This document shows, one piece after another, positions 27,001-55,439 of a stretch of DNA of 64,000 bases. Location of the stretch: assembly GCA_020137815.1 (NCBI GenBank), contig CM035359.1, positions 7,626,001 to 7,690,000 on the forward strand, given 5' to 3'. The number at the start of each line of letters is the position of its first letter. The first letter of the stretch is position 1. Source of the DNA: Hormiphora californensis (taxonomy: Eukaryota > Animalia > Ctenophora). Made by a program: the position numbers and the translations under genes. The notes under the pieces are model-generated. The model worked only from the letters and a program-made list of their open reading frames with translations. It was not told the origin of the DNA and did not search any database.

Positions 27001-29091
27001 GTGACGTCATAGCAACGTCAGATACAGGTGTTTCAGCGCTAACAACAGTTTCCATGGTTTCATTAGACTCTAAAGTGGCAACACTCTCTTTAGACTGGCT
27101 GAGTTGTGAGGTAGCTGCTAGAGGTATTATACAAGGTATAAGATCTGATCCTACTCCAGGCACAATACTATCTTGAACTGTCACTATGTTTCTCAGATTG
27201 TCGGGTAGCATGTCAGACCCAACTCTATCTGAGCTAATGCCCTCTATTATTACAGGTTCTGCAGATTCTGGTTCCACAGAGGCCACCCTTCCGATCCTCA
27301 CCCCTCCTTTAGTGGTCACATCAACGTAACACAATCCCATTGAGGGTGATTCAGCAGGGATATCTGGAGATATAGAATCCTCATCTGACGATGTTAGGAT
27401 GTTGCTGGATACTTCATCCAGAGTTGTGGGAGACGTCTCATCGGGTGGAGGGGTGTCAACCCGAGGTGAGGTGGGAGGGTCTGAGATACTGGCAACGGTG
27501 ACTATCTTAATCCCTTGATTTATCAGAAACTCAACCGATCTCTCTGCGGGTGATGTTGCTCCTTCATCAATAATTTCATCATTCTCTGGAGTTACTATTA
27601 GGGAGTATTTACCGGGCATCTTGTAAAGAGGACTCTGCGCACTACTCCGTCCATTAGTATCAATCACTAAGACATGATCATTAGGGAGTTCCAAGGTGCC
27701 GGGCGGTGGTTTGATTGTAGGATCTGATTCAGAGGAGCTAATCTCCAGACTGACTTGACAGATTCCACTTTTAGCGATAACCACAACTCCTGCTTTCTTG
27801 CTCGTATCATTGAAATCTTTTATTGGACTAGTACTCTGGTCCACTACAGTGATATTCTTCACCTTTACCTCCCGTCTCATATCATCCACCTCTCGGCAAA
27901 TGTAGTTAGCGTAGTAGTTAACTGGGCTATCCCTGGTCAGCTCCACTTGTCTCTCTATCCTGTCCCGGTGAAGTTGGAGAGAAACCTCACGGAGATTCTG
28001 GTATCGGTCCAGGAGGGGCGAGAGTTGGGGTTCCGCTCGGTGAATGGGTGGAAGGCGGATTTCGTGTTCCGAGGGTAGTTGTGAAACGTCGAACCTTTGA
28101 AAAATAGAATAGTACATGTGGTTGGTTTTTCTGTGCAAATTAGAAATTTATGATGAAGTCCTACTAATTCCAAACATTTAATAAATTTGAAGCTTTTTTA
28201 CCTTGATATTCTGCACCGGCCACTGTTGGGACTATGTACTACTCGGTATTTTGACAGAATGTACGCCTCCCTTTCAACAATCCTACTAACTCGGGATAGC
28301 TCGGCAACAAACTCTGGTTCAACTGTGACCCTCCTGGGAGAGTTATTGGGACCTCTTGTTCTTGGGACACTCTTCTCTAACCTGCCAAGAGATTATCATG
28401 CTGACTACAAACTTTGTCAAACTCTAGAAATTATGCAACAATAATATTATATGGATTGGTGTTTGAAAATGGGTTGTTTTGTTCAAACCCATACGGTGCG
28501 TGGGGAAACAGGGTCGAGCATGTAGTTACTAGTAATATGCACTACTAGTTGGTGTGGATTATTCTGCTGCTCAAAAGTGTTCTAATTATAATGGAATAGT
28601 GGTTCTTTCTCCAGTGTTGGATCAACCACTAATTACCTCAGATGTCTATAAAGATTTGGCGAACACCCATCTGGTCGAACAGATGCACTAGATGGTACTA
28701 CCTCCATAAAGTGTAACTTCTCCCCTCTGTTATCATACACTCTAACCTGGGCAAGATGATTTCAGTAATTTTCTAGACATTCCTCAGCTTGCACGTATCT
28801 AAGTTTCTCTCTTTCATCAATCAATAGGACTTAGAATCGCAAGAATCATATTCAAATCACACGGTACCTGTTCAAAATTTTCTTCATCCCACGTGACGAT
28901 TTTCTTGTCAAGATCAGGTGTAAAATCGCGGGCACTGTGATATTCCGACTGATCAGATCTCCTAAAAATATTTGTGAATAGTCCATAATAAAAAAGTATT
29001 TGAAAGACTGAGAAAATCCGAGGACTTACGTTGATGCAGAGCTCTGTGAGCGCCGGAAAGGTACAATCCATGAAGTAACCCATGACGACAT
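16174..29091 (-). CDS. Large multi-exon gene, 5' part, unknown product (long Pro/Ser/acidic disordered exon); continues leftward
   Basis: Phase-consistent GT-AG chain 29091-29030 (ATG), 28961-28868, 28746-28637, 28381-28202, 28094 to about 25871. Further exons 25142-25043, 24944-24820 and 16341-16174 are phase-consistent with each other. The link between 25871 and 25142 is unresolved (phase mismatch, probably a missed exon). Confidence 0.6.
16414..16592 (-). CDS. Putative alternative first exon (MPGRTGRRISLAN...MPKR)
   Basis: ATG-initiated; phase-2 donor AG|GTAAC is compatible with the acceptor at 16341 across a 72-nt intron. Confidence 0.5.
18390..21090. repeat. 16-bp minisatellite (ACTGATATAGTTGACT)n split by RTE copy 2
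   Basis: Units at about 18390-18454 and 20971-21090, on both sides of the LINE. Confidence 0.85.
18455..20970 (+). mobile_element. RTE-clade LINE copy 2: 5'-truncated, with a 423-bp in-frame internal deletion
   Basis: Collinear with copy 1 from its third codon. Protein reads ENIPDPE|LTLHKV, lacking copy-1 bases about 14494-14916 (FKYLG and thumb). 3' tail TAAGTCAAGTAAGTAAGTAAGTCAAG. Confidence 0.92.
21972..23655. mobile_element. Non-autonomous DNA transposon with GGGGGGGGCCAACG termini, (TTTTTATATA)n subterminal arrays and an 8-bp TSD
   Basis: TIRs at 21972-21985 and 23642-23655; CCTAAAAT duplicated at 21964-21971 and 23656-23663 (boundary slightly ambiguous within the C-run). Confidence 0.8.
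22387..23268. mobile_element. Tc1/mariner-type MITE nested in the element above
   Basis: TIR CAGTCGGACCCCGATTTAGGG and its reverse complement, TA at 22385-22386 and 23269-23270, repeated CCCCGATTTAG subterminal motifs, internal inverted repeat about 22520-22775. Confidence 0.9.
23675..23832 (-). CDS. Putative alternative first exon (MTRRVSLANMDW...KKKKKGKRKQRKR...PPHR)
   Basis: Open frame from ATG to phase-2 donor AG|GTATT; shares RR(V/I)SLAN with the 16414-16592 exon and fits the 16341 acceptor. Confidence 0.4.
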
Positions 29092-29422
29092 GACACTGGT
29101 TACCCCTAGTTACAGCACTGGTTACCCTTAGTTACGGGTTAACTTCCTTCCCACACCCATCAGAAAATCAAGTATTTCCTCATATATCCATGCTACAACG
29201 AAATGTATTAGGTTAGTTATCAAAATTTTATTTCAGAGTTTTTTTTCAAGTTTCCAACGATTTTATTTATTCAACTAACTTTCTTAGAACTTTATTTCCA
29301 GAAATTAAGGGCACCGAAGTGTCTCCAAGCTGCAGGATCTAATGGAACTTATGATGACGATGAATTAAGAATTGTCACCTACGATAAATAAAAAGAGAAA
29401 GAGAAAGAAAGAGAGAGGGAGA

Positions 29423-29561
<139 letters not shown>

Positions 29562-29931
29562 CATATATATATAGAGAGAGATGTATAGAGAGAGAGGAAG
29601 AAAGAGAGATGAGCGAGAGGGGAAGGGAGGGACAGGGAGAAGTAGAGAGGGAGAGAAAGGGCAGAGAGAGAGAGAGGGAGAGAGAGCGAGAGAGGGAGTG
29701 AGAGAGATAAAAAGAGGGAGATAGAGAGAGAATGAGGGAAAGAGGGGGAGAGATAGAGAAAGATAGAGATAGATAAAGACACTGAGAAAGAGTGGACGAA
29801 AGTGAACGTCGAAACGAACGAAAATGAGAAATATAAGAGAGAATTGGAAAAACTACTACTACTTGTAAATAATTTCTGCTAAGAGATTGGGAGGGGCATG
29901 CAACAGAAAATCCTTTTAATGTCCCGTCGCA

Positions 29932-29955
29932 GCCCCGCCCAGTGATATATATAAG
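29932..29955 (+). promoter_or_regulatory. GC box and TATA box upstream of the secreted-protein gene
   Basis: GCCCCGCCC at 29932-29940; TATATATAAG at 29946-29955, about 70 bp before the ATG at 30022. Confidence 0.55.
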
Positions 29956-30021
29956 AGGTGCATCTGATCAGCACATCTGCATTATCTCCAACTTGAAACC
30001 TCCAACTCCACAACTCAAACC

Positions 30022-30771
30022 ATGATCCATATTGTTTTCCTGAGTCTTGTCTCTGCTGTCCTGGGGGACTGTAAGGTGCACCTCGGTTCCCTGGTTACAT
30101 TGGAAAAAGAAGTCATGGACTCATTCATCTCCCTTGTAATCGCTTCCGGATATGAGTAAGTCTCCCCATTCTAAACGATAAATTGATGATTAATTTTGGT
30201 TGCTTTGTTCTTGTCTGTACATGCAGATCATCTTTGATAGATGTTATTATTTCAAATCATGCTAACACAGATCCTCCCCAGGAACCTAGCTGTCTCATCA
30301 GTGGAGTCTCAGTACATGTTCAGTAAGCTGACTCCCATGTCGAAGCAATCCGTTGAGATTGAAGTCATCAGGCACGGACTTGATATCGTCAGACTTGGCG
30401 CATCTGGTAAGTTTAATTGCATGATATCTACCTTATGATGTCCTTATGATCCATCTTGATGCTTCAACTGTTTCCAAATATAGTTGACTCATTCCTCTGA
30501 CTAACACACTCATCGCCCCCCCTCAGCAGATAGTCCCTTGAAAGACCTCACTCTCCCCGCATCTCGGGTGTCGGTCTACGGAACCTTCAAGACCCATGTG
30601 GTCCAGCTGAAGGAGACAGTGGACGACCTTGCCAAGTGTGCTGGAGTTACCCACGACCCCATCTCCATCAGTCGGATGAACCCCAAGGCTGTCCTGGTAA
30701 TGATCATGGATAAGATGATCAGGTTGAGGATAGCTACCACTGAGCTCCTTCTCAGGCAGGATGGCTGTTAG
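30022..30771 (+). CDS. Complete 3-exon gene for a 167-aa secreted, predicted all-alpha protein (four-helix cytokine-like candidate)
   Basis: Exons 30022-30155, 30282-30406, 30527-30771 total 504 nt in frame. Both donors are GTAAGT and both introns have CTAAC plus a pyrimidine tract and CAG. Signal peptide MIHIVFLSLVSAVLG; Cys at 17, 124 and 167. The gene model is well supported; the fold is inference. Confidence 0.8.
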
Positions 30772-31558
30772 ATATCCTCTCATTCAGATCGGAATGTCCT
30801 CACTGAGGATTCCTCCTCCAGCAAGACAGCTGTTGATAGTGGAAACTGGACAGTTGTGTGTTCGGAGAGTCGTGTATATATTAGATTCTCCAAGGGCTCA
30901 AGCGACTTTTAGGAGCTTGCTAGAGCTTTGGAGCTAAATGTACACTGAACCGTACGGTGGTTAGGTCAGGTGCACATGAGCTAACCACCGTGCGAATAGA
31001 TAGTTGGAGATAAGTGTTATTTGACATAAATTATAAAAATTAGGGCTTAATTTATTAATTATTTGAACCAGTGATATTTATGTTTAGGTGTACTTACTTG
31101 TTTATTTGCTTATTTGTGTGTATTTGAACAAACATACTTGCGTGACACTGTTTTAATTTATTTGTTTATTGTTATTTGTTTATTGTAGTTAGTTATTTAA
31201 ATTTTTCACCCAACCAACGTGTCTCAATCAGGGGTGGACCCAGGTCGAAATAAGTTGCGGTAAGGAGATTCAGTTGTCTTACATAACTCGGGAGTTAAGA
31301 TACCGATTACCGACCTCATTATAGAAACTCGATTACCTTTCACTATAAACAACAAAATCATGATTCATTTTGAGAAACCAATATTCATTCAAACGAGAAA
31401 CAGATTTATGCAGACTACGGGCTTGAGCTACAATCTAGACTAACAACAAAAATCGAGTCATGAGCTTACGGTGATTCCATATCAGCTGATGGGCTTACTT
31501 TAACCATACATTTCACTGTTCTTGACATCAAAACGATCCGATCTCACTTGTCAGTGTT

Positions 31559-31624
<66 letters not shown>

Positions 31625-31866
31625 CTCTCTCTCTTTTCTGGGAAGCATGTTTGGCTTTGTTTCTGGTTTTACCTTGTTGTATCCTTAGCAAATAATTATG
31701 TCTATTCGGGATTCCATATTTTATCATTTTAAACTGTCACAACTACAATATATTTGTACTTCTTTTCGACAGGAATTATCGCCAATTGCATTTTCCATGA
31801 TTTTGAACCCATACACCAGTAAAGTTGACTGGGTAAACTGAGTAAACGATTTAGGAAGGTGACAAC

Positions 31867-33269
31867 ATGGTAGGTCTATTATATGCTCTCTACTAGTGAA
31901 TTCATGTTCGCACTAGTTCTCACTCAGGGCTTTTTTATGTCGGGCTGAGGGTGTTTACTGTCACCCCTTCGTGTGACACATAATAATATCTCAGGCAGGA
32001 TCCCGATCGGATAGTGAAAATGGGGATCTTATGGATGAGGATTTCGATATTGCCCTGGAGCACCACTCCTCCAGTAAACTGCTAGAAATAGTGGACATGG
32101 TCGATGTACCGGTGACACCTGACATCCTTGACATAAACAGGTAGTAACGAGACTTTTTGTATCACCTAGAGTCTCTAGACCAAGCATCTGCCTTTTTAAT
32201 TGTATAGATGGAGATATTTGTAATGAATGTATCTCTCCCCAGCCTATCCCCGACCTACTCCAACTCAACATACACCAACACCATGGACGGCTCCATTACC
32301 ACGGCAACCTCACTTGGCTACTATGACGAATTCTCAGACGATGGCTCAAACGTTTTCCGTCTCAACACCCCCGAACAACTTATAAAAGATCCAAAAGCAA
32401 AAGCAAAGACAAAACCGCCAAAACCTGAACCACCAAACAAACTAAACTTCAGTTTGAAATGGTCAAAGAAGACCAAGTCGAAAGCACCAAAGGGATTTAG
32501 CCCTATAATAGAAGCGAAACAACCACCTGGAGGGAACACTGGTAAAGTGTCAGATCACAGTTCGAAGAGTTCCAGTTCCCAGGAGGTGATGCAGATGGAT
32601 GATGGGTATCAGGGCACTCCTTCCCCTGACCAGCCAGAGAAACACACCCCAGGTATGAGGTAATTCATGGTAGATATACATAATGTTGATTCCTTATATC
32701 GGGGGAAGTTTATCCTTCAGGTAAATCGGGGTTCCGGTAATTGGTAAATCGGGGCCCGGTACATCGGGATCCGACTGTACCAACCGACTAACCGATTTGT
32801 AACTGAACAACTTGTTACTAAACAAAATATTCAACTTTCATTCAGAATTGTTTGGATCATGGCCCCTGAACGTAATTAAAACGAAGCTAATTAGACGTAA
32901 TAAGAATCAAGTGGAGGAGACAGAGGAACCCGTATATATAAATACTGTACCCATCGAACCAATACAGCCCAAAAAACAACGTATGTCATTGCGAGAACCA
33001 GATATAAGCAACAATTATATTGGTTATAATTGGGTCGCTTTTGGTTTGATCAACCCATTCATTTTACAGCGGTTAAAAAGAGTTACATTTATGCTCTATA
33101 TTCTGACTTCGTTACCCGGCCGAACGCTCCCACGCCGATGCATGATTTTATGAAGGAGCAGTTTAGGGCAGCCGATGATGTTGATACACCGACGTTGTGG
33201 CAGAATGTGGCGGAGGTCTATGTTTTCTGGAGAAGATTAGTTGGCCTAAGAAGAAAACGACTATTTAAG
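31867..33269 (+). CDS. 5' exons of a possible Ephexin/SGEF-type RhoGEF; DH-PH-SH3 exons not found in the window
   Basis: Phase-consistent exons 31867-31869 (ATG), 31995-32140, 32243-32652, 32846-32980, 33070-33215 or 33269. LYSDF...PTLWQNVAEV resembles the LYQEY...LWQ(D/E)xPEV segment that precedes the DH domain in Ephexins. The gene model is better supported than the family call. Confidence 0.55.
32690..32780. mobile_element. Short MITE remnant related to 22387-23268, inside an intron
   Basis: Repeated TAAATCGGGG motifs ending in ATCGGGATCCGACTGTA. Confidence 0.6.
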
Positions 33270-33929
33270 GTAAACTTATTGGATCACTAATGTGGTACAG
33301 AAATTAACGAATGCATAGCAGAGTAAATACACACGCACATTGAGCAAGCTCAATTTTACAATTTAGCTAATCACCGGTGGGGCTTGCTCAATGTTGTTTA
33401 CTCATCATTTCACGCTCCAACCCCCTCTACGAATGCATAGTTTTTAGTGAACACATGACTAATTGTCACCCGTCAATATTTGTTTAAACAATACGTCATG
33501 TAGTTAGTAAAAAGCATTATAAACTGCTAAGTCGGATGAGCAATCGGACAATTGAAATTTAGCATTGAAATTCATGCAAATTAAATTGCAATTCAACTGT
33601 TTATTAAAGATGCAAACATGCACTTACTACACATTTTCGACTTTCAAAAGTGGTACACTGCACTTAAACTTCAGCAAACAACTTTCAAAAGTGGTTAATT
33701 CCAGTGGAATTAAACATGTTAAACGGCAATCCAATAGAAACTCCAACTATTTTCTGCAAGGCGTCACCAGACCCCGTTTTGATCTCTCATATCGGTTCGG
33801 CCAACCAGATAGGACTTTTTGGCTTGGGCACCCCCCCCCCCCCATACGCAGCCAACTTTTTGGCATATATGCTTCAGACCCATTAACAGGTTTTTTTCAA
33901 CAGGAACCTCGATAATACAGCACCTTTCA

Positions 33930-34870
33930 ACAACTTTTCCAAAAACTTTTCTAAAAACTTTTTTAAAAACTGTGAAAAACTGCACCTTTTCTGTGGGGAC
34001 GTTACGATCTGGGTGTTTGGTGGCCTGTTTACAGGTGCACGCTGCCAAAAAAGTTGATTCACTAAAATGGCTCTAACCGCCAAACCACTCAACCGTTTTG
34101 GCTAATTCAAAGTTTATCTGCTAGGAAATGTCAAAGCCTAACAGTCCGTCATGGCGCATCTGCACGTGTGGTTCTTCCAGATAGAAATTCCATATATAAA
34201 TTCCAGATAAAAATTCCAAATAGAAATGTGTATGACGCCGTGTAACCCCAACCCAAACCACAGCCCTAACCCTAAACCCACTTTAGCCCTAACCCTAAAA
34301 AACCGTTTGTCAGCACTCACCAAAGGAAAACGTTAAAATCTGGGTGCCTTTCATTGCTAACAATTCGTAGTTTTGGCGAGCGCGACGGGTTAGGGCTATC
34401 CGTTAGGGTCTGGTTAGGGTTTGGATTGGGGTTATCGGTTAGGGCTATCCGCTATCGATTCTCTACCAGTTACCGTTTAGTTTAATCAAATTGGCCATGT
34501 GGTTGCGTGGCTATAGAAGTTTGAAAAAAGTCGGTCTAGGTGTACTCTTTTGGTAGCGCGCACCTGTAAACAGGCCGCAAGGCACCCAGATTATAATAGC
34601 GCCCCTCACCAAACACCCAGATTTTAACGCTGGCTCTTTTCTGCGGGCGCCGTTACGATCTGGGTGTTTGGAGGCCTGTTTACAGGTGCGCGCTGCCAAA
34701 AAAGTTGATTCACTAAAATGGCTCTAACCGCCAAACCACTCAACCGTTTTGGCTGATTCAAAGTTTATCTGGTAAGGAATGTCAAGGCCTAACCACAACC
34801 CAAACCCCAACCCTAACCCTAACCCTACTTTAGCCCTAACCCTAACGCTGGCCCTTTTCTGCACCTTTTC
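33930..34870. repeat. Composite repeat: about 140-bp direct duplication, inverted partial copy, and degenerate CCCTAA/TTAGGG arrays (Helitron/Helentron-like)
   Basis: Direct copies about 34001-34141 and 34652-34793; inverted copy about 34552-34623; (AACCCT)n at about 34243-34298 and 34788-34846; (TTAGGG)-like tract at 34387-34445. Confidence 0.6.
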
Positions 34871-35167
34871 TGGAAAATGTGAATAAAAAAGTGAATAAAA
34901 TATTGTCAGCGCGTCGCTTATTTAACGTAACGCGCGAAAGTAATATTTAAAACTTTGCGCGGCGTAAAATATTGAATCGCGCGCGTTGAATTTTATGAGT
35001 TGCATCAACTTTTTGGAGTTGTTTGCGGAGGAAGCGAACCCGGAGCCGTCCTCTGCTCACAGTCATTTTACTTGTCTACTGCACTGCCGACTCCTCTCTT
35101 GGTTTGTTACGTGCTGAGTCGGAGGTTTTGATATTTTAATTGTTTAGCTTCAAGTCCTAACGTCACT

Positions 35168-53225
<18,058 letters not shown>

Positions 53226-55104
53226 ATTTCCATTCCCCCTCCCCTCTCTCTATCCTATATGAGCACCAAGAGATTGACAAACCAAGAAGGAAGAGAAGAA
53301 AGAGAGAGAGGGTGACAAACGAACGAAAGAGAGAGATCATTATTATTATTACCCATTTCATTTACCACTCGACCACTCAACAAGGTTAATTGATTTTACC
53401 AAGATATGATCCGACACTGACACACTCATTATATTACACTGAAAGAGAGAGCAATGTATTTACACAAAAACAACCACTCATAATGGACTCTGGAAAAGAC
53501 ATTTTAGCAAGATATTATATTCAAAATAAAGCACGTGTGGGAAGCACTGGGTATATATATGTGATATCACGACTTGCTGATGTTAGATTTGTTATTGTTA
53601 CATTGGAAGAGTGTGAAGTAGTAACTGGGTTAGGACTAATTGGGTTAGTTAATTGGATAATTGGGTATATTATTATTGTAAATCTAGGGGGAGTAATGCA
53701 GTGAACTGGGATTAGAAGACATGTTAAACAAGTTTTAGGAGAGAATATAATACATTTCTATCCCCCACTTATTTCCCTGCCTTGATCTATTTTGGTGTTG
53801 CCACCCTAGGCCGTTGTGATATTATTAAGTTTTCCGTATCAGGTACGTCTCTATTTTTCTATCCCGCTTATATCCCACTAATTTATTACCGTGACTATTA
53901 CTGAGAGATATTATTATGAAGCACCATGCGATTATCATCATATACCACCGACGCCTCCCTCTGTGACACCCTGTATATGAGATATTACCATATATGGGCA
54001 TATCACGTGACAGGGTGTGACCATTATTTCACCATGGTTACACAGAGAGAAGTAACAACACACACCATATCATAGAAACCGAGAGAGAGTTTGTTGTGTT
54101 TTTGAAGTGTAGTAGTAGATGTGTGTGTCCTGAATAGGGCAGTGTTGTTTCTATGTCCTCGACCATGTTATGAGCCGTTATACTCCCCTAATAAATTTAA
54201 ACAACTCGTTTGATTTTGCAACAATTTAGTCCTAATCGGGCTGTCAGAATAAGTACAATGCTCTGGCAGAAAAGGGGTCTCGGTAGTAGTTACGCCGATA
54301 GCACAAGCAGAGAGGTTTGATATATCCAGCCGCATTGTCCGATTATCGGATAATTTCCCGGCCAAGAAATACCGTGCTTGGTAGAGCAATTCAAATTGGA
54401 TCGATTCTCGATCGTCAATTTGGCGTCCATGACAGCTTCGGTACAGCTTCACATCACCGCGCGCAGTAAACACATTGCACACTGTGCGCGGTGAAATGCA
54501 CTCTGCTGACAATTTGTACTTTCATCATACAAAGTGCTCGTGTCAAGCCTGAAACTGAGTTTTAGGCGCGCAATTTGTGACCGGTCATCAAATGTTATGG
54601 GTTTGCAGTTCTAGCCAAAACCCAAAACGAGGAATATCCCTGACTTGTAAAACTTAAACACGATATTTTGAGATGTTCACAAGTAAGAGGTACAACATAA
54701 TAAGTCAATTAAAAATCGATTCTCGGGTATTTTTGACACATATCATTTTCTGCTAAATAAAAAGCCATGCACAAAGTTTTGGTACAAGTAAGGCAATCAC
54801 ATGAACACATTCAGCGTCCCAAGCTTCTTCTACCAATAGTCCAGCACAAATAGCCGCTTCACAAATACCCCCTCCCAACCCCGACCCATAATTAGCCCAT
54901 AATAATGTCTTGATGGGTAATTCTCATTTCTCGCACAGCAAGTGTCTCTTCATATATCAACAATAATAACACCATCGCCGCCAGCTGCTTCATCCTCTCG
55001 TTTATCTCTCATCTCTCTGTCAGATCTGAAATGAGCGTGAAATTGTGTGAGTATTTTGTTTACATCTTGAATGACTGAGAGAGGCAGACAGTAAGTGAGA
55101 GAGG

Positions 55105-55202
<98 letters not shown>

Positions 55203-55439
55203 TGAAAGCTAATATAACAACACAGAATAACGAAGACTCAGCACATTATACACCACAAGCTTGAAGCTATGACAACATTATCAACTAGGAAAAAGGGGCA
55301 ATTATAGAGAATAGGCACGTTTCTCGGGAAAAATCATAATGAGAAGGGGGAGAAAAAAAGAGGAAATATAGGGACCATTCCGAGAAATTAATGATTGATT
55401 CTACATCGGCGACTAAAGTGGAGAAACTGACTCTCATTG

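Noticed and set aside
54168-54512. 114-aa minus-strand ORF between ATP1A and ANAPC7
   Set aside because: Non-ATG start, no motifs and no splice support; probably intergenic or repeat-derived.
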